From: Myxococcota bacterium
GTDB lineage: Bacteria; Myxococcota_A; Polyangia; Nannocystales; Nannocystaceae
NCBI GenBank assembly: GCA_039028615.1
Contig: JBCCHT010000003.1
Coordinates: 256,001-320,000, forward strand
Direction of reading: 5' to 3'
Length of the DNA: 64,000 bases
Position numbers and translations under genes: made by a program
The notes under the pieces: model-generated
Database searches by the model: none
What the model was told of the DNA's origin: nothing
The model's input: the letters and a program-made list of their open reading frames with translations, nothing else
Shown here: positions 18,001-25,769 of the stretch, piece by piece
How positions within the stretch are numbered: the stretch's first letter is position 1
Layout of the letters: each line of letters starts with the position of its first letter

Positions 18001-18500
18001 TGCAGGTGCTCGTCGATGGTGAGCCGGGGGCACGGAGGCCGGTGAAGGTCGTACGGCGCGGCCGCGATGGCGGGGCAACAGTGACCGGTCTGACAGATGA
18101 CGGCGGTGTCGCTCGATTCGAGCTCCCGGTCGCCCGATACAACGTGTTCGTCGGCGAGCACTCCCGCAAGGTCAAGGTCGCCGAAGAAGCCAGCGCCAAC
18201 AAACCGTTGGTGTTCAGGCTCTCGGCCGCGGATGCGCCCGGTCCGGTCGTCGATCCCGACGAAGGCTCGCTCGCGGTGACGGTGGTGGACCACGAGGAGC
18301 CTGAGCGCTCCGTGCCTGATCTGTTCGTCGTGGTCGAGGGGACCGATGGAACCAGCGAGGGGCAGTTTACCGACGTCGAGGGCACGGCCATCTTCGAGCT
18401 GGCGAAGGGCCGCTACGACATCGACGTCAACGGAGAAACGGCCCGCGGAGAGGTCCAGCCTGGTCGAACCACAGCCGTCACCATCGAGGTTGAACTCTGA
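15027..18500 (+). CDS. M23 peptidase + WHIX-like + peptidoglycan-binding + beta-sandwich repeat protein
   Basis: HQGID, GYGN, YAH, HLHFE (M23); FPLGANNLWHGGVH, VHWEIFS, VWHYNPI; AIEAFQ..DGKI and AIRDFQ..DGIVGP (PG-binding). Confidence 0.82.
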   Translation: MSFERNPVPGSPPPLPLQCKDFDPITGEQVGSECRKQQQAHHERMLELDPEERKKLGRFDCTKHGTGRKNCNRRTFLYPRKVNKKGNFHVHQGIDLFPGPLSEGRPSPDRILSVTSGQVCCVLEWDGVTSGYGNVIAVYNDRLDMTFWYAHCKAVFFKEGETVREQELIAIVGNTGFAGGLHLHFEVHRGKSKHPLRGERTPYDEGGSPRRLNPHIVLESLGPWGATQLFLPGGTEVEDATVAELHKEVETSREGGCFPLGANNLWHGGVHVRTPPRADLHAPFDGDIVAIRLDPDPATAMGRFGSMNFVLMRHEISESIFERLQRKEPGEPEEPEQPAPTRPPAVGRRSSNPPDRVAQVEQRLRELLDEHGQPFYAFEGPALLEDGKLRREFQDAIEAFQSTLDSPYSPSRAWPDGKISIGGYTWRALFPEGPPGTDDPETPEIPPPAEEDPTRVVFSLFMHVGAVPIDAALVSRIRWLEHARIPGGSKPADDDDARAEHQADLEEAKYRIETAVGRDPDEPGSEGAPADIEWVQRRLQRHTSYRFHEATEAGVFSDALDRAIRDFQAQFVPFFARRGHAPDGIVGPRGSTRRTLAKPATELKPAGVPVVDPEFLAAIEARDEAGHAAVVSGLKIPVAAKDVLWVAGQTQAILADGSGPMRSMVHWEIFSEHQVMGAWDDAKLEDTTLDLSLDVPEQLFDLVETLELPGVAKDDFITPLEMVEFYAGEDAKLLRQTPCRFLSEWGLDLPAAVAAVARMGFDTSGLEADLEPYLWWNAAADVLPASPIVWHYNPIELARVYQGEVDALKPREFDDTTHPTLVVRVLFDNGVLMPKATVSVIQGGATIASGRTLEDGERRFRGLPVGSYEVLVDGSSVASHRVELSGGPPTLLEVETTVPGPPPKRGTIFVNVRKEHTGLRPRFDVAVSLREASGAEVATGVAKRGKAAFESVEFGDYVLHAGEATPVEITLDRKKKTASTLVLPPPIRTLTVQVLVDGEPGARRPVKVVRRGRDGGATVTGLTDDGGVARFELPVARYNVFVGEHSRKVKVAEEASANKPLVFRLSAADAPGPVVDPDEGSLAVTVVDHEEPERSVPDLFVVVEGTDGTSEGQFTDVEGTAIFELAKGRYDIDVNGETARGEVQPGRTTAVTIEVEL

Positions 18501-18512
18501 GCGGCCGCCCCA

Positions 18513-19265
18513 TCACGCCGAGTTGTGCACGGCGGCCTCGAGATGCGGCTGCGGGGGCACGATGCCCGTGCGGCCTTGCCACTGCCCGTGCTCGCTGATG
18601 CAGGCGTAGCGCAGGGTGGTGAACTCGAGGTGGAAGTCTTTGCGGCTGCGCTCGGCCATGGCCGCGGCGTGGCGCTTGGGGGCGGGGACCTTGCTGTGGC
18701 CGTGCACCATGTCCTTCATCTCGCGGGCGTTGTGCCAGATGGTGAAGGTCGAGATGGTTCGGAAGGGGCGGGCGGCCGCGAGGGCGAGGGTGGTGCCGGG
18801 GTGATCCCGCACGAGGCGCTCGACCGGCTTGCCCCAACGAAGGAAGCGCGGCACCTGTAGGAATCGGACGCGGGCGATGGTGACGGCGACGGTAGGGGCG
18901 TCGAGGTCGGTCTCGGCGGCGGTGCGTGGGAGGCCTTCGAGGGCGGCGAGCGAGCCCCAGCGGCGGAGGAAGCGAAGGCGGACGTGCCAGCCCGCGGCGA
19001 GCGTTCGGCCCAGGCGGGTCTGGGCGAGGAACTCGTCGATGGCCGCTTCGCGGTCCCAGGCGGCGAACATGGCGAGGTGCCGCACCTGCCAGCGCCACGG
19101 GGAGAGAATGGAGGCGCCCAGGCGCATGGGGAACATGCACTCGGCGTGGCGCAGGCCGGGCACGGTGGCCGAGGTCGGCGGTCGCAGCAGGGCCATGCCC
19201 ACCCTCGCGAGGCCCGGTGCCGCCAAGTGGAAGGTATGCACCGTCACGGGGTCAACGTAGCGCAT
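18513..19265 (-). CDS. CrtA/DUF3291-like dimeric alpha-beta barrel protein
   Basis: VAVTIARVR...RFLRWGKPV...TFTIW....M...HAAAM...EFTTLRY. Start inferred inside the longer ORF. Confidence 0.65.
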   Translation of the reverse strand: MRYVDPVTVHTFHLAAPGLARVGMALLRPPTSATVPGLRHAECMFPMRLGASILSPWRWQVRHLAMFAAWDREAAIDEFLAQTRLGRTLAAGWHVRLRFLRRWGSLAALEGLPRTAAETDLDAPTVAVTIARVRFLQVPRFLRWGKPVERLVRDHPGTTLALAAARPFRTISTFTIWHNAREMKDMVHGHSKVPAPKRHAAAMAERSRKDFHLEFTTLRYACISEHGQWQGRTGIVPPQPHLEAAVHNSA

Positions 19266-19322
19266 GAAGGCGCACGCGTCCGGTCGATTGGGACGGCTCT
19301 GGTACTCTGCCGCGAACGATCC

Positions 19323-20342
19323 GTGCTGCTGACTTCCGCACTGTGGCTGGCGTTCGGAGGCCAACCGATCGAGCCGGAGATCGTCCCGCCCGATCCGCCC
19401 GCCGCGGACTACGTGCTGGACTGGGAGGCGCCCGCGTCGTGCCCCGATGCGAGCACGATCGAGGCCCGCGTGGCCGCGCTGACGGCGGGGCAGGAGCATG
19501 GCGAAGGCACGCTGGAGATCGTGGGCCGGGTGCAGGAGCAGGGCGCGGGGTTCGTGCTCACGCTGACCACGACGTTGCGCGAGACGAGCGGGGAGCGGCA
19601 GCTGCAGTCGACGCGCTGCGCCGAGCTGGCGGAGACGGTGGCGCTGGTGGTGGCGGTGTCGCTCGATCCCACGGTCTCGGGCTCGGCCCCGCGCAAGGAC
19701 GAGACCGAAGAGTCCGAAGCAGGGGTGCCGGATCCAAGCGAGGAGGCGCAGGCCGAAGAGCCGCAGGAGGTCCGCCCGTCGCGAACCACCTCGAGCACTC
19801 CCGAGCGCTCGGAACGACGCCGACCCGCGCGACGGTGGAATCGCCCCGGCCCGATCCTGCGCGCAGGCGTCGGCCCGGAGTGGGGAGCATTGCCGGGCAT
19901 CACCGCGGGGCTCCGTTTGGCGATCGGCATGGGCTGGCCATCGCTCCGCGTGATGGTCGTGGGCAGCTACCTGACGCCGCGCCGCGACGAGGGGCCGCCA
20001 CCGAGCGCCGCGCTGCATCAACAGGGCATGGTCGGCGTGCTCGGCTGCGGGGTGCCTCGCGTGGGGGCGTGGGCGTGGCCGCTTTGTGCAGGCATCGAGG
20101 CGGGCGGGGTGCGGATCGATGGGCGCGGGCTCCAGCAACCACGCACGTTCGTGGGCCCCTGGCTGGGTCCGGTGGCGAGCGCGGGGGTGGTGCGCCGCGT
20201 GGGACGCGTGGGGCTGTGGCTCGATGTCGAGGGCGTGGTGCGCGGGGTCGCGACCCAGGTTTTCATCTCGGAATCATTGATCTTTAGGCCGCGAGCGGGG
20301 TCGCTGCGGGCGCTGGCCGGGGTCGAAATTTCGTGGCCATAG
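19323..20342 (+). CDS. Exported protein with WxAPxxCP N-domain and C-terminal beta-barrel-like region
   Basis: GTG start; WEAPASCPD, RCAELAETVALVVAV; amphipathic strands ending GVEISWP. Confidence 0.75.
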   Translation: MLLTSALWLAFGGQPIEPEIVPPDPPAADYVLDWEAPASCPDASTIEARVAALTAGQEHGEGTLEIVGRVQEQGAGFVLTLTTTLRETSGERQLQSTRCAELAETVALVVAVSLDPTVSGSAPRKDETEESEAGVPDPSEEAQAEEPQEVRPSRTTSSTPERSERRRPARRWNRPGPILRAGVGPEWGALPGITAGLRLAIGMGWPSLRVMVVGSYLTPRRDEGPPPSAALHQQGMVGVLGCGVPRVGAWAWPLCAGIEAGGVRIDGRGLQQPRTFVGPWLGPVASAGVVRRVGRVGLWLDVEGVVRGVATQVFISESLIFRPRAGSLRALAGVEISWP

Positions 20343-20375
20343 ATTGCGGCCGAGCCGGACAATAGGTGATTCGAG

Positions 20376-21593
20376 GTGCCTTCTTCCGTGCTCGAGATTC
20401 GCGGTTTTCGCGCGGTGTACCGCGAGCACTACGGGTTCGTGTGGGCGGTCGTGCGGCGGCTCGGGGTGCCCACCGCGTTGGTCGACGACGCGCTGCAAGA
20501 CACCTTCGTGGTCGCGTATCGCCGTCGCGAAGAGTTCGCTGGGGAGTCGATCCGCCCGTGGCTGTACGGCATCGCGCGAGGCATCGCGAGCAACTACCGA
20601 CGGTCGGCGCAGCGATCGGCCCGCAAGCATCGGGCGATCGCACAGGCCTCGACTCGATCGACACGCTCGGCCGAGTCGCAGGTGGTGCTGCACGATCTCG
20701 ATCGCTTCTTGGGTGACCTGTCCGCGCGCGACCGAGAGTTGTTCGTGCTGTCGGAGGTCGAGGGCTTCACCGGGCCGGAGCTGGCGTCGGCGCTCGGCTG
20801 CAAGATGAGCACGGCCTACGGCCGAGTGCGATCGCTGCGGCAGCGCTTTGCGGAGCAAGGCGACGCGGGAGGCTTGCGGCGGTCTCGACAGCAGCGTCCA
20901 CGGGCGCGGGCGGGCGCATGGGTCGGCTTCGTGCACGCGGTCTCGGCCAAGCCCGCGGGGTGGCTGGGCTTGGGTGCGGCGGCCTCGAACCTGGTGGCGG
21001 CGGGTGTGGGGGCGACGACGGCGGGGTTGGTGATCGCGGGGGTGATCGCGGTGAGAGGCCCGGCCGAGCCCACCGCGTCGGCGCCGACCGAACACGTGGA
21101 GCCTGCGGTCGCAGCTCGCGACCGCCCTGAACCTGCTCGTGACTCCAGTCCTGCGGACGAGGCTCCCCCCTCGCCGCCGAGCGAGCCCGAGGTCGTGCCG
21201 GCCAAGGTCGCAGTTCAAACGCCCGCTCCGAGCTCGCCATCGCAAGTCCGTTCGGATCGGCCGGTGACGACCGAGCTCTCGCCTCCCCTCGCCCCGGATG
21301 CGCTCGCGGAGGAAAACGCCCTGCTGCGTGGTGCTGCGACCGCGCTCAGCGAGGAGGCCCCCGACCGTGCACTCGCGGCCATGCGCACGCATGCGCAGCG
21401 GTTCCCCGGCAGTGCCCTGTCCGATCTCCGCACGGCGTTGCGCATCGAAGCGCTCTGCGCCCTGGGCAACGAGGCGCAAGCGCGGGGTGAGGCCGCCGCC
21501 TACGAGGCCGCCCACCCGCAATCGCCGACGCTTCAGAGAATTCGACATGCATGTCCGGCACAAACCGCGTCGTCCGGACAATCGGAAGGTTGA
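20376..21593 (+). CDS. ECF sigma factor fused to a TM/Pro-rich/TPR-like domain
   Basis: DALQDTFVVAY, WLYGIAR, LSEVEGFTGPELA; then a TM segment and EENALL...HAQRFPGSAL...IEALCALG. Confidence 0.88.
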   Translation: MPSSVLEIRGFRAVYREHYGFVWAVVRRLGVPTALVDDALQDTFVVAYRRREEFAGESIRPWLYGIARGIASNYRRSAQRSARKHRAIAQASTRSTRSAESQVVLHDLDRFLGDLSARDRELFVLSEVEGFTGPELASALGCKMSTAYGRVRSLRQRFAEQGDAGGLRRSRQQRPRARAGAWVGFVHAVSAKPAGWLGLGAAASNLVAAGVGATTAGLVIAGVIAVRGPAEPTASAPTEHVEPAVAARDRPEPARDSSPADEAPPSPPSEPEVVPAKVAVQTPAPSSPSQVRSDRPVTTELSPPLAPDALAEENALLRGAATALSEEAPDRALAAMRTHAQRFPGSALSDLRTALRIEALCALGNEAQARGEAAAYEAAHPQSPTLQRIRHACPAQTASSGQSEG

Positions 21594-22945
21594 TGAGCGA
21601 GTTCCCCATTCATGGTCTTTCGATACGCGCCGCCCTGGTGGCCTCGGCACTGAGTCTCGGTGGTTGCATCATCGACGCCGACCTGGGCAATGCAGCGAGT
21701 GAATCCTCGGGCACGACCGGGGGCAGCATCACGGAAACCGGGCTGGGCGGGAGCGAGTCGACGGTCACCGACATGGGCCCTCCGGGCAGCGGCTCGGGCA
21801 ACGTCTCGACCTCGGGCGGCTCGTCGACCTCGGGTGATGCGAGCTCGAGCGGCGAGGACCCCTCGGCCGAAGGCTCCACGGGCGAGCCCATCTTCGAGTG
21901 CCCCGGGGCCCCGGGCGAGGCCCAGTGCAGCCCCTCGGAGCAAGATTGCCCCGCGGGTTTTCGCTGCATCCCTTGGGCCACCGACGGCGGCATTCAGCCC
22001 GATTCCTCGACCTGCGTGCCGCTCAGCGACACTCCGGCCGCGCGCTTCGAGCCGTGCGAGATCGATGCCGAGACCTGCAGCGACAACTGTGGCGCGGGTG
22101 ACTATTGCTTCCCCGACACCGGGTCCGGCGGAAACCTGTGCCTGGGCATCTGCGACCAAGACGGCGACGACGCGACCTGCGATGCGGGCGAGGCCTGCTC
22201 GACCTGCGCGAAGTGTTTCTTCGGGACCTGTTTCGGCGGCTGCGATCCCCTCGACCCGATGTGTCCCGAGGAGGCGTCGACCTGCGAGTGGGGCACGTCC
22301 ATCCAAGGCTTCGGCTGCCTGCCGATCCCCGAGGGCACGTCCGCGGTCGGTGAGCCCTGCGACGCTCTCGATCGCTGCGAGGAGGGGGCGATGTGCATCA
22401 GCGCCGAGCTGCTCGATTGCGGCGGGCCCATCGGGTGCTGCACCGAGCTGTGCGATCTCGAGGACGGCGACCCCGGGTGCAGCAATCCCGCCCACGAGTG
22501 CATCACGCTGTTCTTCCCCGATCCCGCCCCTCCGGGACAGGAGCACGTGGGCTACTGCGGGCCGCCCGAGCTCGACCCCTGCCTGACCCCGGGCAACTGT
22601 CCCCCCGAGGACATCGACGACAGCGTGCCGTGGTGCTCGCTGGCCAACGAAGGCAACTGCCCCACGGGCCTGGCGGTGGCGGGCTTCTTCAACGGCATCG
22701 ATTGCGAGCAGACCTGCACCTGCGAGATCCCGTGCATGGACGACATCGACTGCCCGGTGCCGGCCACGGGCACCGCGACCGGCGAGTGCGTGACCGAGCC
22801 CTTCGGCGTGGGCAGCCCCGTCACCTGCCTGTATCCCTGCGACGGCGGCGAGGTCTGCCCCGATGGCATGACCTGCTCCGACGAGCTGACCGGCGACTTC
22901 CACTGTGTCTGGGTCTCGCCGGGCGACCCCACCGAGTGCATCTAG
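21593..22945 (+). CDS. Very Cys-rich lipoprotein
   Basis: TGATG overlap with the sigma gene; LGGC lipobox; S/T/G tether; dozens of Cys residues. Confidence 0.85.
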   Translation: MSEFPIHGLSIRAALVASALSLGGCIIDADLGNAASESSGTTGGSITETGLGGSESTVTDMGPPGSGSGNVSTSGGSSTSGDASSSGEDPSAEGSTGEPIFECPGAPGEAQCSPSEQDCPAGFRCIPWATDGGIQPDSSTCVPLSDTPAARFEPCEIDAETCSDNCGAGDYCFPDTGSGGNLCLGICDQDGDDATCDAGEACSTCAKCFFGTCFGGCDPLDPMCPEEASTCEWGTSIQGFGCLPIPEGTSAVGEPCDALDRCEEGAMCISAELLDCGGPIGCCTELCDLEDGDPGCSNPAHECITLFFPDPAPPGQEHVGYCGPPELDPCLTPGNCPPEDIDDSVPWCSLANEGNCPTGLAVAGFFNGIDCEQTCTCEIPCMDDIDCPVPATGTATGECVTEPFGVGSPVTCLYPCDGGEVCPDGMTCSDELTGDFHCVWVSPGDPTECI

Positions 22946-22987
22946 CGGGGGAGCACCGCATCGGCGCTGGCGCGACGACGAGCTCGG

Positions 22988-24025
22988 GTGTTATGGCCAG
23001 GCGTGCCTTCGCGTCGCCTCATCGCTCGAGTTTGTCGTCCGCTCGTCGCACTCGGGCTCGTGGGGCTCGGCGCCTGCTTTGCCGCCGAGCCCTCGAACGA
23101 TGGCTCGGTCGCTCCGGTCGAGTCGGCGCAGACGGCCCGCAGTGCGGCCGAGGCCTCGCCCACCACGACGAAGGCCGCGGTCGAGTCGGGCTCGAGCGTC
23201 GTCGAGGTCGACGGGCACCCCATCAAGGTCTGGCACCGTCGCCCCGCCGACGCCCGTGACGTCATCGTGCTCGTGCACGGTCGGACTTGGAGCGCCCAGC
23301 CAGATTTCGATCTCCAGGTGCCGGGCGAGTCGCGCTCGACCATGGACATGCTGGTCGCCGAGGGCTTCGCCGTGTATGCGGTCGACCAGCGCGGCTACGG
23401 GGGCACGCCGCGGGACGACAGCGGCTGGCTCACCCCCGACCGCGCCGCCGAAGACCTGGCGGCGGTGCTCGCCTGGGTTCACGAGCAGCACCCGTCGCTG
23501 CCCGTGCCTTCGGTCTTGGGCTGGTCCCTCGGTTCACTGGTCGGCCAGCTCACCGCGCAGCGACACCCCGAAGCACTCTCGTCGCTGGTGCTCTTCGGCT
23601 ATCCCCGTGATCCCGATCAGCACTACCCGCAAGGCCCCGACGCTTCGGCTCCGCCTCCGCGCAAGGCCACCACGGCCGAGGCTGCGGCCGAGGACTTCAT
23701 CGTGCCCGGGTCGATCTCCAAGGCCGCGATCGACGAGTTCGTTCGGGCCGCGCTCCAGGCCGATCCGGTGCGCATGGACTGGCGAGGCACCGAGCAATGG
23801 AACGCGCTCGATCCCTCGGCCGTGAAGACGCCGACCTTGGTGATCCACGGCGAGCGTGATCCCTACGCTCCCGTCGCCAACCAGGCGAAGCTCTTCACCC
23901 GACTCGCGAGTCCCGACCGGCAATGGGTGATCGTGCCGGGTGGTGATCATGCTGCACACATGGAAAATTGTGCACCGCGGTTCTTGCAGTCGGTGGTGCA
24001 GTTTCTGCGTCGCCCCGTTGGTTGA
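22988..24025 (+). CDS. Alpha/beta hydrolase, exported
   Basis: VLVHG, DQRGYG, GWSLG nucleophile elbow, HGERD, GDHAAHME. Start uncertain. Confidence 0.9.
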   Translation: MLWPGVPSRRLIARVCRPLVALGLVGLGACFAAEPSNDGSVAPVESAQTARSAAEASPTTTKAAVESGSSVVEVDGHPIKVWHRRPADARDVIVLVHGRTWSAQPDFDLQVPGESRSTMDMLVAEGFAVYAVDQRGYGGTPRDDSGWLTPDRAAEDLAAVLAWVHEQHPSLPVPSVLGWSLGSLVGQLTAQRHPEALSSLVLFGYPRDPDQHYPQGPDASAPPPRKATTAEAAAEDFIVPGSISKAAIDEFVRAALQADPVRMDWRGTEQWNALDPSAVKTPTLVIHGERDPYAPVANQAKLFTRLASPDRQWVIVPGGDHAAHMENCAPRFLQSVVQFLRRPVG

Positions 24026-24114
24026 ATCCAGGTCGGCCGAACATTCGATTCGAATCGACGATCTGTCGCACCGCATTTGTTGACGACCGAGTGTCTGCTC
24101 GTCAGCATGTGTAG

Positions 24115-24618
24115 ATGCGACTGCGTTCGATCATTGTGGCTTCTGCACTGACCTTGACCTTCGGCTGTGGCGACGACAGCAGCGGTGACTCTGGAGCGGG
24201 CAGCGACAGCACCGGGCACGTCCACGAGACCGAGGGGCACGACACCGAAGACGAAGCGACCGAGACCGCCGAGCAGACGACGGGTGAAGACGGCGACAGC
24301 TCTTCGGGCGGCGACGATGCGGGCACCTCGACGGGCAGCGCCGAGTCGACGGGCAGCGCCGAGTCGACGGGCAGCGCCGAGTCCACCGGCGACGCCGGGG
24401 TCTGCATGGATTTCTGCGGGCGCTACTTCGCCGTCTGTGGAGAGAGCATGAACAACGACTACGGCGACATCGCCGGGTGCGAGGAAGCGTGTGCCGGGTA
24501 CAGCGAAGAGCAGTACGACTGCCGCCTCGAGCACCTCGAGAACGCAGAGAACGACATGCCCGAGCCGCACTGTGGCCACGCCAACATCGACGGCGGCATG
24601 CCCTGCGGCAACACCTGA
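24115..24618 (+). CDS. Small lipoprotein with a Cys/His C-terminal domain
   Basis: TFGC lipobox; acidic tether; CRLEH...HCGHA. Confidence 0.8.
   Translation: MRLRSIIVASALTLTFGCGDDSSGDSGAGSDSTGHVHETEGHDTEDEATETAEQTTGEDGDSSSGGDDAGTSTGSAESTGSAESTGSAESTGDAGVCMDFCGRYFAVCGESMNNDYGDIAGCEEACAGYSEEQYDCRLEHLENAENDMPEPHCGHANIDGGMPCGNT
24328..24381 (+). repeat. 3 x 18-bp coding tandem repeat (STGSAE)
   Basis: TCGACGGGCAGCGCCGAG repeated three times. Confidence 0.9.
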
Positions 24619-24632
24619 GCTTCCACCTTCGC

Positions 24633-24662
24633 CCGCCGACACCTCGCGCGTGGTGTCGGCGG
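24633..24662 (+). terminator. Stem-loop after the lipoprotein gene
   Basis: CCGCCGACACC / GGTGTCGGCGG, 11-bp stem. Confidence 0.5.
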
Positions 24663-24745
24663 TGGCTCGAGCAAGGGTGAGCGGCGCATCGTTTTGTGCT
24701 TCACTCGATGAACGACGCAATCACTTGTGTTGCTTTCCCTGTTCG

Positions 24746-24777
24746 TGCACACCGGTGTGCATCGACATGCACACCGG
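24746..24777. promoter_or_regulatory. Overlapping palindromes upstream of the lipid operon
   Basis: TGCACACCGGTGTGCA is a perfect 16-mer palindrome; it overlaps CCGGTGTGCAT-CGAC-ATGCACACCGG. Confidence 0.45.
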
Positions 24778-25078
24778 ATCCGTGTCAGGCGCAGTGAGTT
24801 TTGCGTCGGCGGTCAAAAGTAGGGTTCGTGCCGACCGCCGGTCGTGAGACTCCCAGAGTCCGGCCGCAAGCGTTCGCAATTACCCAGCATTCCTAGATCT
24901 CCCGTGCCGAGGCCCGACTGGGCGGGCCGGTCTCGACCGCCCTTGCGAAGCGCGAGCATGCGGGTATGCTGCCGGCCGCTCGCCCGTTGCCTTCCGACCG
25001 GTCAGTTGGCCTCGGAGGTCCCACTAGCACGCCGAAATCGGCGACTCGGGTTCTGGGGGAGCACAGGAGACAACGCCG

Positions 25079-25759
25079 ATGAGCGACAAGAACAGCGCGG
25101 CTTTCTTTCGAGCCGAGGGAGTTCTGATCTCGCGCGGGGTGGTCCACGCGGCGGCCTGGATGGCCTCGCAACGGGCTGGTCTGCGGGAACGAACGATTCG
25201 CTTCGGACAGGCAGCACTCGCGGCGCCGCTGTTCGGCCTGCTGGGCCAGAACGACCGCAGCCTGGGCAACCGCGTGGCGCACCTCGCCTACCGCGACATG
25301 ACCGAGGACCGGATCACGGTGCTCGCCGAGGAGTACGTCGACGACATCCTCGACGGGAAGATCCTCGACAGCGGGATCGAACTCATCAAAAAGGCCCGTA
25401 AGGAAGGGCACCGCATCGTGGTGCTCTCCGAGGGGATCTCCGAAATCATGGAGCGGGTCATCGAGCAGCACGTGCGCGGCGTCGACGATCTGGTCTGCAA
25501 CCACCTCGAGTACAAGGACTACAAGGCGACCGGCAAGCTGCTCGACCCCGTGATCGGGGGCTACGAGGGCGGCCGCTTCATTCGCGACTACGCCGAGGAG
25601 CACGGCATCGACCTGTCCCGCTCCGTGGCGTACGCCGGTCACGGCCCCGACCTGCTGCTGCTGTCGTCGGTCGGCCAGCCCTGCGTCGTCAACCCCGATT
25701 TCACCCTGCGCAAGGCCGCCAAGGAAGCGGACTGGCCCGTGGTGGACTACTCGGCCTGA
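25079..25759 (+). CDS. HAD-IB (SerB-like) fold protein with degenerate catalytic motifs
   Basis: AAFFRAEGVL, GHRIVVLS, GIDLSRSVAYAGH..DL.LL..VG.P.VVNPD..L. Confidence 0.85.
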   Translation: MSDKNSAAFFRAEGVLISRGVVHAAAWMASQRAGLRERTIRFGQAALAAPLFGLLGQNDRSLGNRVAHLAYRDMTEDRITVLAEEYVDDILDGKILDSGIELIKKARKEGHRIVVLSEGISEIMERVIEQHVRGVDDLVCNHLEYKDYKATGKLLDPVIGGYEGGRFIRDYAEEHGIDLSRSVAYAGHGPDLLLLSSVGQPCVVNPDFTLRKAAKEADWPVVDYSA

Positions 25760-25769
25760 GGGGGACGCC

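Noticed and set aside
21593..22945. Multiheme cytochrome or Fe-S protein
   Set aside because: No CxxCH motifs; an exported lipoprotein, so the Cys residues are more likely disulfides.
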